A DNA stretch of 63,781 bases from a virus (Duplodnaviria; Caudoviricetes): the IMG/VR virus record IMGVR_UViG_3300038309_000160, positions 1-63,781 of that record. One strand, 5' to 3'. Both the position numbers and the translations under genes were made by a program. Under the pieces are notes generated by a model, which saw only the letters and a program-made list of their open reading frames with translations, ran no database searches and was not told the DNA's origin. Shown here piece after piece: positions 46,002 to 56,652 of the stretch. Positions within the stretch are counted from its first letter, which is position 1; every line of letters starts with the position of its first letter.

Positions 46002-49000
46002 TTAATCAAACCATATACTGTTAAATATTTTACCTGGAAATTCTTCTAAATAAACATCTGTTTTAAATGAATGAACAACTGTTTTTTCTATAGTATATTC
46101 TTGGAAAGGAGTTGCAAGAAAAATAGTACTCCATTGTGGTTCACAATATAATTGATAATCTGAAGGATTAAATACCACTTTTGTACCTTTTGGTGCATAG
46201 ATATCCATAATAACATCTCCTTTTATAAAATTATTAAAAATCACAATCTATACATAGATCAAACTCACCATATACTTTCTTTCCACACTTACATATTGAT
46301 TTTATTTTCCAGCGTCTTTCTTCATCATCCCAAACATATTCTCTAGAAGATTCTTTAGAAATAAAATCAATAGCACGAATAGCCCCACCACCATATCCAG
46401 CACGACTAAAAGCGTCTATTTCATCCTTTCCCTTAATTTCTGTTTTCTTACCATCTAACCAGTAGATAATGCAAGTATTCAAATTTTCTCATCCTTTATA
46501 TCAAGTTTATAGCGTTCTCCTGTTTCCGGATTAACAAGTATAATGTCTTTACATGAATATTCAGTATGGTTCATATGCATTATCATGAGATCCTTTCCTA
46601 TAGGGGTTCCCATGTGCCAAAGAATATGAAGGAAGGGATTTCCTTTAGGGATAGATTCTATCTTTGTAAGTTTCATATCAACTCTCCTTTTTAATTATAA
46701 GACCAACATTTTAAAATTTCTAATTGTACTTCTGTTACTATATAACGACTACCCATTATTTTCCTCCTCTTTTAATGGATTATTATTAAATGCTTCCATT
46801 AAATTATTAATCACTACACCGATAGCAATGATTTTGGCACATTCAAAACCTTTTGTTACAGGACAGAGAATAACAGTATGTTTTAAGAATTTAGGATAAG
46901 GTAGATCAATTTTGTAACATTCACATTGTTCATGTGAAGAATATTCTTTGTATATTGGATTAGTATTCATTTTTCATTCTCCTCTTAATCAAATTTTATT
47001 TACCATTAAATTCAATATATAGCCATGATTTGTCTCTAGAATCTCCTTGCTTAAACCATGCGTATTCCATGGAATAAAACAAGGACAATAACTTATCATA
47101 AGCTATAGGATCGTTAATTGCTTGAATCCCATAGGTATGACATCCGTCATGTAAAGACAGGTACAAGCCCTTAAGTTTATCCATTTAATTACTCACTAGG
47201 TTTCCAGAACTTTGATAAAACTCTTACATAAATTCTGTTTGGATGATTAATTACAAAATCGCCTGGACAGAATGATTCTAACCATTTCGATCTTTTTGTA
47301 ATTTCTCTGTCATTTGTGTATAAGGTGAAGTTATCAATGGTGTCAAATTCTGCCAATTTTACTACTTTTAAAGTATTTCCTTTGAATTTTATTTTGAATA
47401 TTTTCATAATTTTAACCTGTTGGATACTTATAAGCGTTTATTCCAATATGAACTTCTGTTCCAGTTATTCTGCTGTTGCCTAAGGTGCTGGCAACAATGA
47501 TGGTTTTTCCAGACTTTGATCGGCCAAATTCTTTTGTTAGGTCGATGATAATTGTAAGTTTTTTATCTTTTACAGACATTTCAATATTTTGCATAATAAA
47601 AGATCCTTTTATTTTATTAAATTATTGTGAAAAAGCACAAGTATTTGTTGAAGGGTTTGAATAGCTAATTGAGAAAAAAGGAGAAATGTTATGGAGTTTT
47701 CGAAGAAGAGCCTCACGTTCTTTCTTAACAATTCTACCTTCTTTTACACATTTTGCCATGTAAGTCATGAATTTACGATGCCTAAAATCTCTTTTAGCAC
47801 TTTGATAGTTAGGAACTTTTGCAGATGGTCCTCGATAACAGTACATATATCGTCCTGTAGTTTTTTCTTGTAATGTAATACCAAAGTCGTAATCAAAACC
47901 TGTTACAATACAATAGTAAGAAGCCTGATATCCTATATAAATTACTTCTTTTCCCTCAAGATCTTTATACCATCTTTTCATGATTTTTCTCCTTTTTACC
48001 ATTTTTAATTTCTCTTTATTTAAATATCCATTTGAATCGGGCAGTTTTTCAAACAATATAAAAATCTTTCTTCCTCGGTATAGATTTTTACTTTTCCGGA
48101 GCGCCCACGATGAAAGACACGTTGCATCTTGCGGGGCAGTGGCGGATGGTATGCTTTCGACTTCTGGCTGAATTCTTCGAGAATTTGAAAAGTATTATTT
48201 ATGGCGTTAGCTGAAGAGTTCATGATCTTTTCCTTTTTTATGGTTAAAAAGTTTCATGTGCCAAAGATTGGTTTCTTCTTTTTCTTGTTTCTTCATTGAT
48301 GTAATTAAATGCTTTTTCATATGCACAATTTCCGACGAAAAGTTTACTACAGCCCGTCTTGATATGTGCCCAGTATGCTGGAACACGATCAACTCGGTAG
48401 ACTTTTTCAATTTCTCCTACTTCGCCAAGATGTAATATCATTTAATTTTCTCCTCCTTTATATAATGTTTTTTTTTCTTCCTCGAATAATAATCGCCTGG
48501 ATAACCCGGTCAATCAGGTTCGGGTCGTGTTCTCGAATAAATTCATCTTGTGCCCTGCCGGTCAAAGAGACACCAGCTATTTGAATGCTGATTATCTCTG
48601 CATCTTCCCGGTGCCCTGGGCAAGATGACATTTCAGAAAAGTCTGGTTTTTCTGCTGGAATGTAGTTTCCGATTATTGTTATTGGTATTTCAATATAGTC
48701 TGTAATCTTTATTTCCATGTTTCGCCTCCAGTTGTTTTAAATTCTGAAAAAGTTGTTAAAATTTCCTGCTTGGTTAAAGGTATAGCATATGGTTATCTTT
48801 GGGTTATTCCCGTTAATCCAGATAACTTTATCATATGGGAGTCTCTTTTCTTGAATTAGGACCTTAATTAATTCTATGGTGGTTGACTTGGTAGTACAAA
48901 TAATATTTGGAGGGCTATAAATATTATTTGATGGTTTTGATGAAAATTCAGGGAGCCAATAATTTGCTTTGGTTCTGAATTTTATTAAAGGTTCAGGATT

Positions 49001-49267
49001 ATTAGCATGAATTATAATTAGATAGTTTTTTAAAAGGCTAAACATTTCAATTATTCCGGTTGTCTATCTGGTGATTATTTCATAATCTTTTGGATTGCCT
49101 GCCCATTGTTTTAGGCAATCCATTGCGGCCTGAAAAGATGAAAATTCTGCTGGGCCATATTCCATCAAATCTGGAGTTGTTTCTTTATCTTTTTCAAAGA
49201 AAACATAAGATAAGAAAGTCCCAAGGAAAAGACCGTGACCATTTTTTGATTTAATGTATGTTTTCAT
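46002..49267 (-). other. Cluster of about 13 short co-oriented early hypothetical ORFs (46002-46244, 46234-46482, 46479-46676, 46749-46970, 46996-47184, 47189-47407, 47412-47594, 47622-47981, 48020-48223, 48244-48441, 48458-48718, 48737-49045, 49064-49267)
   Basis: Tightly packed, mostly with AGGA/GGAG RBSs. 47412-47594 (SKSGKTIIVASTLGN) resembles small DNA-binding proteins; I recognise no family for the rest. Confidence 0.6.
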
Positions 49268-49275
49268 CTGTTTGC

Positions 49276-49593
49276 CTATTCGGTAAAGGTTTTGATTAGA
49301 ATGTTGCGTACACTTTCTGGAAGGGCCTCAAGAGCTTTCTTTGCGGCCTGGGCAGTTTTTTCTTCTGTGGTTTTACTTGCCCTGGTGGAAGTTTTAACTG
49401 GTCGGATGGATGCTTTATATAAGGCAATTTCCCTGTCTATGGATTCATACTCTTTTTTCAGGGCCATCCATTTTGATACTTCGGTCATATAGGCTTGGTA
49501 AGCCTGTTCTTTTGTTTTGAATGCCTGTTTGCATGGTTCAATTAATATGGCTTTTCGCTTTTCATATGTTTCAAGCTGGTCTTTGGTAATCAT
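49276..49593 (-). CDS. Hypothetical early protein
   Basis: AAGGA RBS, upstream promoter, C-terminal AAKKALEALPE. Confidence 0.65.
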   Translation of the reverse strand: MITKDQLETYEKRKAILIEPCKQAFKTKEQAYQAYMTEVSKWMALKKEYESIDREIALYKASIRPVKTSTRASKTTEEKTAQAAKKALEALPESVRNILIKTFTE

Positions 49594-49647
49594 ATTGTTT
49601 AATCCTTGTTAAGTTTGGGCTGTTTGGTTGTTTCACGTTTATGGTTT

Positions 49648-49677
49648 ACCGTAACACACCAAACGGGCCGTTGTCAA
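49648..49677 (-). promoter_or_regulatory. Sigma-70-type promoter
   Basis: TTGACA-ACGGCCCGTTTGGTGTGT-TACGGT; shares GTTGACAACGG...TTTGGTG with the 39809-39837 promoter. Confidence 0.5.
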
Positions 49678-49769
49678 CAAAAAAGTTTATCTTTTTTAAG
49701 TGGTTAAAAGATTTGTGAAGGGCCAAAATTAGTGATGGTTAAAATTGTTAAAAGGATAGTTGATTTTTG

Positions 49770-50010
49770 GTGGTTCCGTGTAGACCGTAAACAATCCCCA
49801 TATACCTTTTCAAAGGTGTCTTTGGGGTTCTTTTGGAGTCTAATTGAAAAAAAAAATATAAAATAAAAAAACTCCCATTTGAGGCACCCCTACCTCTAGA
49901 TTTTTTTGTTTTTGAATCCCTTTTTTGATCCACTTTTAAGCCTTTTTTTGGGCCTTTTATGGTTTTTGGTAAAGGGGGGGGGGTATTGTCTGCGGTCTAC
50001 ACGGCACCGC
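49770..50010. repeat. 30-bp imperfect inverted repeat (49770-49799 / 49981-50010) around homopolymer-rich DNA
   Basis: 25/30 complementary; long A and G runs between the arms. Confidence 0.7.
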
Positions 50011-50075
50011 ATAAAATCGGTTCTTTATGAGCCAATTTTAATGATGCTCATAATTTGAAAAGGTTAAAAATAGCG

Positions 50076-50089
50076 GTTCATTTGTGAAC
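50076..50089. repeat. GTTCA-N4-TGAAC palindrome
   Basis: GTTCATTTGTGAAC. Confidence 0.8.
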
Positions 50090-50121
50090 GTCCAGGCCGG
50101 ATCAGGTGACTTGTGGTTAAG

Positions 50122-50158
50122 AAAAAAAGGCCGGTAAGCAAAAAATCACTTACCGGCC
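50122..50158 (-). terminator. Rho-independent terminator after 50168-50692
   Basis: GGCCGGTAAG-loop-CTTACCGGCC followed by a T run on the minus strand. Confidence 0.8.
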
Positions 50159-50167
50159 CGTTTTTGG

Positions 50168-50692
50168 TTATTCTTCCGCCTTGGCGTTTTTGATCATGTT
50201 CAGGCAAGCTGTAACAATTTCATTGCCGTAAATTTTTTCGGCCGCTTCGGTGATTTTTTCGGCCTTCATTTTCGATGCCGTTAATGTAACGATCAGGCTC
50301 ATACAATCGTTAAATCTCGCCTGATCGACCTTTTTGTTGACGGCCTGACCGGGCCGCTTGACAAAGGTCCATTCAGACTTGTCCACCTTGGCTTGACCGA
50401 CTTCAGGCGACCAATCGCCCTCTGTCGGCATAGCCTTAAAATCCGCCCGAATATCAATAATTTTTGCCTGAACCGCTTTCTGGAGCGCCTCATGGACTTT
50501 GCCGATGCCCTGGAAAAATTCCAGTAATCTTCCGGGCGTCTCAAACTGTTCCACGGTCGGCAGGATGTTTTCCGGCAGTTTATGACTAACCATACCATAA
50601 TTTTTCCTCAGCAACACACCATCCTTCTTGATTTCCGGAACAGACGTTTCAGTTTCCAAAGTTTCCAAGGTTTCGTAGATAGATTTTGCCAT
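50168..50692 (-). CDS. First early gene, hypothetical protein
   Basis: 174 aa between a promoter and a terminator; GC-richer codons than its neighbours. Confidence 0.75.
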   Translation of the reverse strand: MAKSIYETLETLETETSVPEIKKDGVLLRKNYGMVSHKLPENILPTVEQFETPGRLLEFFQGIGKVHEALQKAVQAKIIDIRADFKAMPTEGDWSPEVGQAKVDKSEWTFVKRPGQAVNKKVDQARFNDCMSLIVTLTASKMKAEKITEAAEKIYGNEIVTACLNMIKNAKAEE

Positions 50693-50806
50693 GATGAAAA
50701 CCCTTTCAAAATGTTTTGTTTATGCCATAACTGTTTTTATTCTGGGATTATGCGGCCTTTGGCTTATACCAGCAATTTTTCCTTTTTAGTTTTGCTTGAC
50801 AAATAT

Positions 50807-50835
50807 AATTTATATCCTTTAAAAACGTTTGTCAA
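50807..50835 (-). promoter_or_regulatory. Sigma-70-type promoter for the early arm
   Basis: TTGACA-17 bp-TAAATT; part of a CTTGACAAA/TTTGTCAAG inverted repeat. Confidence 0.65.
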
Positions 50836-51177
50836 GTCATTTTTTTATTTTTTTAAAAAACTTTTTTCATCCTCATCTTGTCACCATTATAACATCCAAT
50901 AACCATGCCAACTTTATATAATGCCAAAAAAATCTTATAACTATCAAGGATCATTAAATAAAATCGTTCCAGAACAAAAACCCCTTGATCCTCAACCAAG
51001 GCGAAAAGTGACAATTTTTGTCAATTCAATTATCTAATTATTTCAACCAATTAGGTGTTACTATCCTTGGATAGGCTAAAAAGTTTAATGATATCAATTG
51101 ATTAGGATTGACAAAAAACGTCAAGGCATGACAAAAATTGTCATATTCAGCCAAAAAAGCCCCTATATAATAGATGT

Positions 51178-51334
51178 AGCAAGACCCGTGCCAAACATTA
51201 AAACTAAACAAAATAATCCTAATTTTTTTTCTGATCCTAATTTTTTATTGCTAGCAATTTTCATGCCAATTATATTATTTATTTTTATCTTTGCAAATAC
51301 TATGCCAATTAAAATGAATGCAAAGAATATGCCA
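51178..51334 (-). promoter_or_regulatory. Four tandem sigma-54 (-24/-12) boxes
   Basis: TGGCACGGGTCTTGCT (51178-51193), TGGCATGAAAATTGCT (51253-51268), TGGCATAGTATTTGCA (51292-51307), TGGCATATTCTTTGCA (51319-51334); all GG-N10-GC. Confidence 0.65.
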
Positions 51335-51618
51335 ATTAAAACTTTTTTATTTAACCAAGGATGATGACAAAAATATTTTTGTTTATATAATTTATTTAGG
51401 GAACAATTTTGAATAGACGCACAAATGCCAGAACCCCATGCCTCGATTTTTAATACTAGAATTAGTCTTTCTATATACATTTGCGAAAAAAATCAATTTC
51501 AGCTCCCTACTTGACTAAATAAACTAATTATCAGAACAAACCCAATTATTAGAACAAACCATTTATTAAGATAGCCTAATCAGACAAGGCTTCTAATTAT
51601 CTTTATATTCCAGAGTGT

Positions 51619-51632
51619 GTTCACATATGAAC
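51619..51632. repeat. GTTCA-N4-TGAAC palindrome
   Basis: GTTCACATATGAAC. Confidence 0.8.
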
Positions 51633-51794
51633 GTCCAGGCAGGCTATAGTTACTTTAACTCTAGGGAACGATTTTAAACCTTCTTAAAGTTAGATCCATT
51701 TTATAAGGTTTCTTTGTCAAAATGGTTTGATAAGCTCAACTGAAATATGGCCGACAGGTGCACACAAACACTCCAAAAAACTCCCAAAAACTCC

Positions 51795-51823
51795 TTGATT
51801 TTACTATTTAAAAAAGCTATCCT
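51795..51823 (+). promoter_or_regulatory. Sigma-70-type promoter for the packaging/structural arm
   Basis: TTGATT-17 bp-TATCCT upstream of TerS. Confidence 0.5.
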
Positions 51824-51871
51824 GAAAGTAAATATCCATCCCTTTTCATTCTTTTACTTGGCTTTTTTATT

Positions 51872-52525
51872 ATGCTCAAAGAACTAAAAGCACATCACAG
51901 AAACATAATCCAGATGTCTTTTAATGGATTTAAGAACGCTGAAATCGCCGAGCGTCTTGGAATGACTCAGAGTACAGTATCTCTGATTATTAATTCACCT
52001 TTAGGCAAAGCTTACCTTGAGGGACTTCAAGACAAGGCACAAAAAGCAACTCTTGATGTCCGCAAAGAGTTGATCTCTCTCAACCAGACGGCGTTAGATA
52101 CTTTTAAAAGATTGCTTGATCCGAAGCAAAAAATCCCTGCAGCTGTTCAATACAATACAGCTAAAGACATCCTTGATAGAACTGGCTATAAAGCATCAGA
52201 TAAAATTGATTTAAACTTCACCTTAAAGAATAAATCCGACGAAGAACTTGATGCTGAAATTAATGCTATTGAAAAATCAATTAACCATCAAAATATTTTA
52301 AAAGCTACAGAATCATCTCCTCTGGAAGAATCAATTCAGGAACTTCCTCCGCCGATAATTGAAGACTCTTTTGTGGAAGATTCTCTAGAAGATCCCATCC
52401 CTGAAGAGTCTTCAACTAATGATTCTCCAGAGGAGATGTGTTTATCTGACAAAATTCAAGCTATTATCAATGAGTCTCGTACAGATCAAGAAAAAGAATT
52501 TGATCCTTTTAGGAGTATTGATTAA
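51872..52525 (+). CDS. Probable terminase small subunit
   Basis: N-terminal HTH (NAEIAERLGMTQSTVS), AKDILDRTG, KSDEEL; upstream of TerL. Confidence 0.7.
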   Translation: MLKELKAHHRNIIQMSFNGFKNAEIAERLGMTQSTVSLIINSPLGKAYLEGLQDKAQKATLDVRKELISLNQTALDTFKRLLDPKQKIPAAVQYNTAKDILDRTGYKASDKIDLNFTLKNKSDEELDAEINAIEKSINHQNILKATESSPLEESIQELPPPIIEDSFVEDSLEDPIPEESSTNDSPEEMCLSDKIQAIINESRTDQEKEFDPFRSID

Positions 52526-52526
52526 A

Positions 52527-52712
52527 ATGAAATTCTTTCTCAGAACTATAAAAAATAATTGTCTTTGTTGGGAAGAGACTTCGGAAGACTCTTTTAATCA
52601 ACAAAAAGAGATGTTTCATATTATTGCTAATAATGATAAAATTGCCGGTTTTATTGGTCATGCAGAATATCATGGACAAATGTATTCAGCTGCTGGAATG
52701 ATAAAAAAATAA
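52527..52712 (+). CDS. Hypothetical protein (61 aa, MKFFLRT...)
   Basis: AGGAG RBS; lies between TerS and TerL. Confidence 0.45.
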   Translation: MKFFLRTIKNNCLCWEETSEDSFNQQKEMFHIIANNDKIAGFIGHAEYHGQMYSAAGMIKK

Positions 52713-54200
52713 ATGTATAACGCTGGTCAAAATATCTCTTCTCTTTCTTTATCTCGAGACCAAAAAGAGCAATATATACAGCTCTTAAAGGAAAGAGAAT
52801 CTCGATTAAAACAAAATCGAATCATGCAGTTTTATCCAGCTTCAGGACCATTATCACGAGATAAATATCCCAAGCATATGAAGTTTTTTGAACTGGGTAA
52901 TTATTTCTCTGAACGTTGTATTATGGCTGCCAACCGGATTGGAAAATCAGAAGGGATTGGCGCGTATGAATTAACTCTCCACGCTACTGGTAGATATCCA
53001 GACTGGTGGAAAGGTAAAAAATTTGATCATCCAATAAAAGCCTGGGCAGCTGGAACTACTTCAACAACTGCAAGAGATATTGTTCAGTTCAAATTGCTTG
53101 GCCCGCCAGAAGATATGGGCACTGGCTTAATTCCTAAGAAATATATTTTAAAGACTACTCCTAAAGCTGGTGGCGTACCTAATGCGGTAGATACAATTTT
53201 AGTTAACCATATCTCCGGTGGAATTTCTAGAATTAAAATTAAAGCCTATGCTGAAGGTAGAAAGTCTTTTGAAGGGACTGAACAAGATGTTATTTGGCTC
53301 GATGAAGAAAGTCCGGACGATATTTATACAGAATGTTACATGCGTATAATGACCACTGGGGGTATTATTATTCTTACCTTTACCCCTCTCCAGGGCATAA
53401 CAAAGACTGTTAAAAATTTCTTGCCTGATGGACAAATTAAAGAAGGTCCAAATGGTGCTAAGTATTTAATTATTGCTACCTGGGATGATGCTCCACATCT
53501 CACAGAAAAACAAAAAGAAGCATATTATGCCGCCTTACCACCGCATCAAAAAGAAGCCCGGTCAAAAGGTATTCCAACTTTAGGTTCTGGAAGTATTTAT
53601 CCAATTCTTGAAGCTAATATAACTGTTGATGATTTTGGCATTCCAAGTCATTGGTTAAAGTGTTATTCTTTAGATGTCGGATGGAAAAAAACTGCTTGTT
53701 TATGGGGAGCTAAAGATCCGGCTACAAATAATTGTTATCTTTACTCAGAATATTATAAAGGCCAAGCAGAACCTTTTATCCATGCGGAAGCAATAAAATC
53801 TCGTGGAATTTGGATTCCTGGAGTAATTGATTCAGCTGCTCATGGACGTTCTCAAGATGATGGCAAACAACTTTATGTTGCTTATACAAATTGTGGCCTT
53901 GATCTAATGAATGCAAACAAATCTATTGAATCAGGTATATACAATACTTGGCAAGCATTAAGTCTTGGCACATTAAAAGTTTTTAAATCCCTTGTCAATT
54001 GGCTTGGAGAATTTAGAACGTATCATCGAGATGATAATGGTCATATTGTTAAGGAAGATGATCATTTAATGGATTGCACAAGATATATGGTTATGTCTGG
54101 ATTTGATCGTGCAATTGCTGAACCATATTGGGAATTTGATGCTTGGGAAAATTCTGAGAACGTTAAAAATTCCGGCTGTAATCAAATTACTGGATATTAA
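52713..54200 (+). CDS. terL: Terminase large subunit (P22-like)
   Basis: AANRIGKS Walker A, WLDEE Walker B, LTFTPL, LDVGW and DDHLMDCTRY. Confidence 0.93.
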   Translation: MYNAGQNISSLSLSRDQKEQYIQLLKERESRLKQNRIMQFYPASGPLSRDKYPKHMKFFELGNYFSERCIMAANRIGKSEGIGAYELTLHATGRYPDWWKGKKFDHPIKAWAAGTTSTTARDIVQFKLLGPPEDMGTGLIPKKYILKTTPKAGGVPNAVDTILVNHISGGISRIKIKAYAEGRKSFEGTEQDVIWLDEESPDDIYTECYMRIMTTGGIIILTFTPLQGITKTVKNFLPDGQIKEGPNGAKYLIIATWDDAPHLTEKQKEAYYAALPPHQKEARSKGIPTLGSGSIYPILEANITVDDFGIPSHWLKCYSLDVGWKKTACLWGAKDPATNNCYLYSEYYKGQAEPFIHAEAIKSRGIWIPGVIDSAAHGRSQDDGKQLYVAYTNCGLDLMNANKSIESGIYNTWQALSLGTLKVFKSLVNWLGEFRTYHRDDNGHIVKEDDHLMDCTRYMVMSGFDRAIAEPYWEFDAWENSENVKNSGCNQITGY

Positions 54201-54202
54201 TT

Positions 54203-54535
54203 ATGTTTATTCATCGAGTTAAAGAAGGCCAAGAACTTTATTATGGCTTAAATTTATTATCAAATGAAAATACTTTAATTAGTTTTAACTTTCTTTTTCC
54301 TTTATATCCACTTTTACCAAACGAATATTTTGATCAATATTCTTATAATATACTTTATGGTTGGAGAATTAAAACTTTTAAACTTATTTTAAGAATTCGT
54401 CGCTGGAAAAATTTTATTCCTAAAACGAAAAAGGTATTATTTAATTGTAGTATAAATAGTCAGGCTATTGGAAAACAATATTTTGTTTGTAGTAGAAAAA
54501 TGCTTGAGGATAATAAATGCCTATCGACCCGATAA
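54203..54535 (+). CDS. AT-rich hypothetical protein between TerL and portal
   Basis: 110-aa co-oriented ORF. Confidence 0.45.
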   Translation: MFIHRVKEGQELYYGLNLLSNENTLISFNFLFPLYPLLPNEYFDQYSYNILYGWRIKTFKLILRIRRWKNFIPKTKKVLFNCSINSQAIGKQYFVCSRKMLEDNKCLSTR

Positions 54536-56649
54536 CAGGTTTACCAACTTCTGAAGAATCCATCATGGATGATCCTTCTACTACTATGGAGCATCCAGTC
54601 TGGGCTTCAGAAGAACCTGTTGAAAAGATCTTAGCTGACCAAGCACAACCAGCAGATAATGATGGCTTTCTTCAAGCTATTGAGAAAGAAATCTTAAGAG
54701 CTGAAGCTGCGGTGCTGATTACTAATCTTGCACCAAAGCAAAAAGATAGTGTCATTGCAGATTTGACAACCAAAGTTCTTGAAGGATATAAACTTGATCT
54801 GGATAGTCGTAAAGATTGGGAAGACCTTAATAGGCAAATTATTGATCTTGCTAAGCTTTTAGTCCAGAAGAAAACTTATGCTGGAGATATTGTTGCAAAT
54901 GTAAAATATCCTTTAATCATTAATGCTTGTATCCAATTTGCTGCACGTGCTTATCCTGAACTCATCAAAGGAGATGAGCTTGTAAAAAGTAAAGTTTTTG
55001 GTAATGATTCTGATGGTCTTAAAGCTGCAAGAGCTAAACGTATTTGTGACTTTATGTCTTTTCAGTTACTATACGAAATGGCTGAATGGGAAGAAGGTGT
55101 AGATCAATTACTTTTTACATTGCCTGCAATTGGTTGTGCTTTCAAGAAAAGTTACTTTGATCCAATTGAGCGGCGTAACATCTCTGAAATGGTTTTTGCT
55201 GATGATGTAGTTGTCAATTATAAAGCTGAAAATCTTGAAAGAGCGCCAAGAATTTCACATCGTATATATTTGTACCATAACGAAATCGTTGAGCGTATCA
55301 ATTCTGGAGTTTTTATTCAATTTGATATTGCTGCACTTGGCCAGGCAACTGATCCTAGTGGCAACTCCGATGAAGAAACACCACATTTATTTATTGAACA
55401 GCACCGCTGGTATGATCTTGATGAAGACGGTTATCAAGAACCATACGTGGTAACTGTCCACTTTGAAACACAAAAACTTGTTAGAATTTCTCCAAGATTT
55501 GCTACTGATGGAATTATTAGAGAAAAAGATGAGAATGGAGTTACAAAAGAAAATGGTAAAATAATTAAGATAATTCCTGAGCATTATTTTACTCGTTATA
55601 TTTTTATGCCTTCTATTGATGGTGGTTTTTATGGTATGGGTTTTGGCTCACTTTTGATGAGTACTAACTCTGCCATTAACACCTTAATTAACCAGCTTCT
55701 CGATGCTGGAACATTATCAAATCGACAAAGTGGTTTCATTGGTAGAGGATTACGTCTTGGTCGTGGTAAAGCAATTCAATTAAAAGCTGGAGAATGGAAA
55801 TCTGTTGAAGCTACTGGAGATGACTTAAGAAAAAACATCTTCCCTATGGAAGTTCGTGAACCATCTGGGACACTTTTTCAATTGCTTGGTCTTCTAATCC
55901 AAGGTGGAAAAGAACTCTCCAGTATGACTGAAATCCTGGCAGGAAATTCACCTGGTGCTAATGTTCCTGCAGAAAGTGTTCTTGCCTTAATTGAACAAGG
56001 CCTGCAGGTATATTCAGCTATCCATAAAAGGATTTATCGGGCTCAACACAAAGAGTTTACTAAGTTAAGACGCTTAAATGCTTTATATCTTGACCAGATG
56101 ACTTATGGCTTAGTTCTTGATGATGAACAAGCTAATATTCAAGCTGATTTTAATACGCATGATTTTGATATTATTCCTGTGGCTGATCCGAATAATACCA
56201 CTATGATACAGCGTCTAATGAAAGCTAAGGCCATGTTAGAGTTGAAGGGCCAAGGCTTGAATGATCAAGAAATCATGCGACGTTATTTACTTGCTATGGA
56301 AATTCAAGATGTTGACTCATTGTTCCCTGATGAAGCACAAACTGATCCAACAGAAGAACTTAACATGAAGAAACTCCAAGAGGAGATTCGTGAACTTACG
56401 GCAAAAATAGCCAAGATGGAATCTGAAACTGCACTTAATTATGCTAAGATTGAAAGTGAACAAGCTCTTCAGGGGAAAACTCAAGCTGGAATAGAGAATG
56501 ATGATGAAAAAATAGTTCTTGAAAGTGCTAAAGTATTGAATCAATTTAACCAAGGAAGGAGTCAACAATCTCTTGGAAAAGCTCCAAATGGTTTAACAGA
56601 AAGCACAATGAAGCGTGAATATGGTTTAAAAACCAATAATCAGGAGTAA
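54517..56649 (+). CDS. Portal protein
   Basis: 710 aa; YPLII.ACIQF.ARAYPEL, DLDEDGYQEPYVVT, INQLLDAGTLSN; follows TerL. Confidence 0.85.
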   Translation: MPIDPITGLPTSEESIMDDPSTTMEHPVWASEEPVEKILADQAQPADNDGFLQAIEKEILRAEAAVLITNLAPKQKDSVIADLTTKVLEGYKLDLDSRKDWEDLNRQIIDLAKLLVQKKTYAGDIVANVKYPLIINACIQFAARAYPELIKGDELVKSKVFGNDSDGLKAARAKRICDFMSFQLLYEMAEWEEGVDQLLFTLPAIGCAFKKSYFDPIERRNISEMVFADDVVVNYKAENLERAPRISHRIYLYHNEIVERINSGVFIQFDIAALGQATDPSGNSDEETPHLFIEQHRWYDLDEDGYQEPYVVTVHFETQKLVRISPRFATDGIIREKDENGVTKENGKIIKIIPEHYFTRYIFMPSIDGGFYGMGFGSLLMSTNSAINTLINQLLDAGTLSNRQSGFIGRGLRLGRGKAIQLKAGEWKSVEATGDDLRKNIFPMEVREPSGTLFQLLGLLIQGGKELSSMTEILAGNSPGANVPAESVLALIEQGLQVYSAIHKRIYRAQHKEFTKLRRLNALYLDQMTYGLVLDDEQANIQADFNTHDFDIIPVADPNNTTMIQRLMKAKAMLELKGQGLNDQEIMRRYLLAMEIQDVDSLFPDEAQTDPTEELNMKKLQEEIRELTAKIAKMESETALNYAKIESEQALQGKTQAGIENDDEKIVLESAKVLNQFNQGRSQQSLGKAPNGLTESTMKREYGLKTNNQE

Positions 56650-56652
56650 GAA

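Noticed and set aside
46928-46939. GTTCATGTGAAG as an eighth palindrome copy
   Set aside because: The spacer is 2 bp short and the last base mismatches; probably chance.
50582-51480. ORFs 50582-50902, 51098-51364 and 51163-51480
   Set aside because: Low-complexity translations of the AT-rich control region; the repeated MPIK reflects the sigma-54-like DNA repeats.
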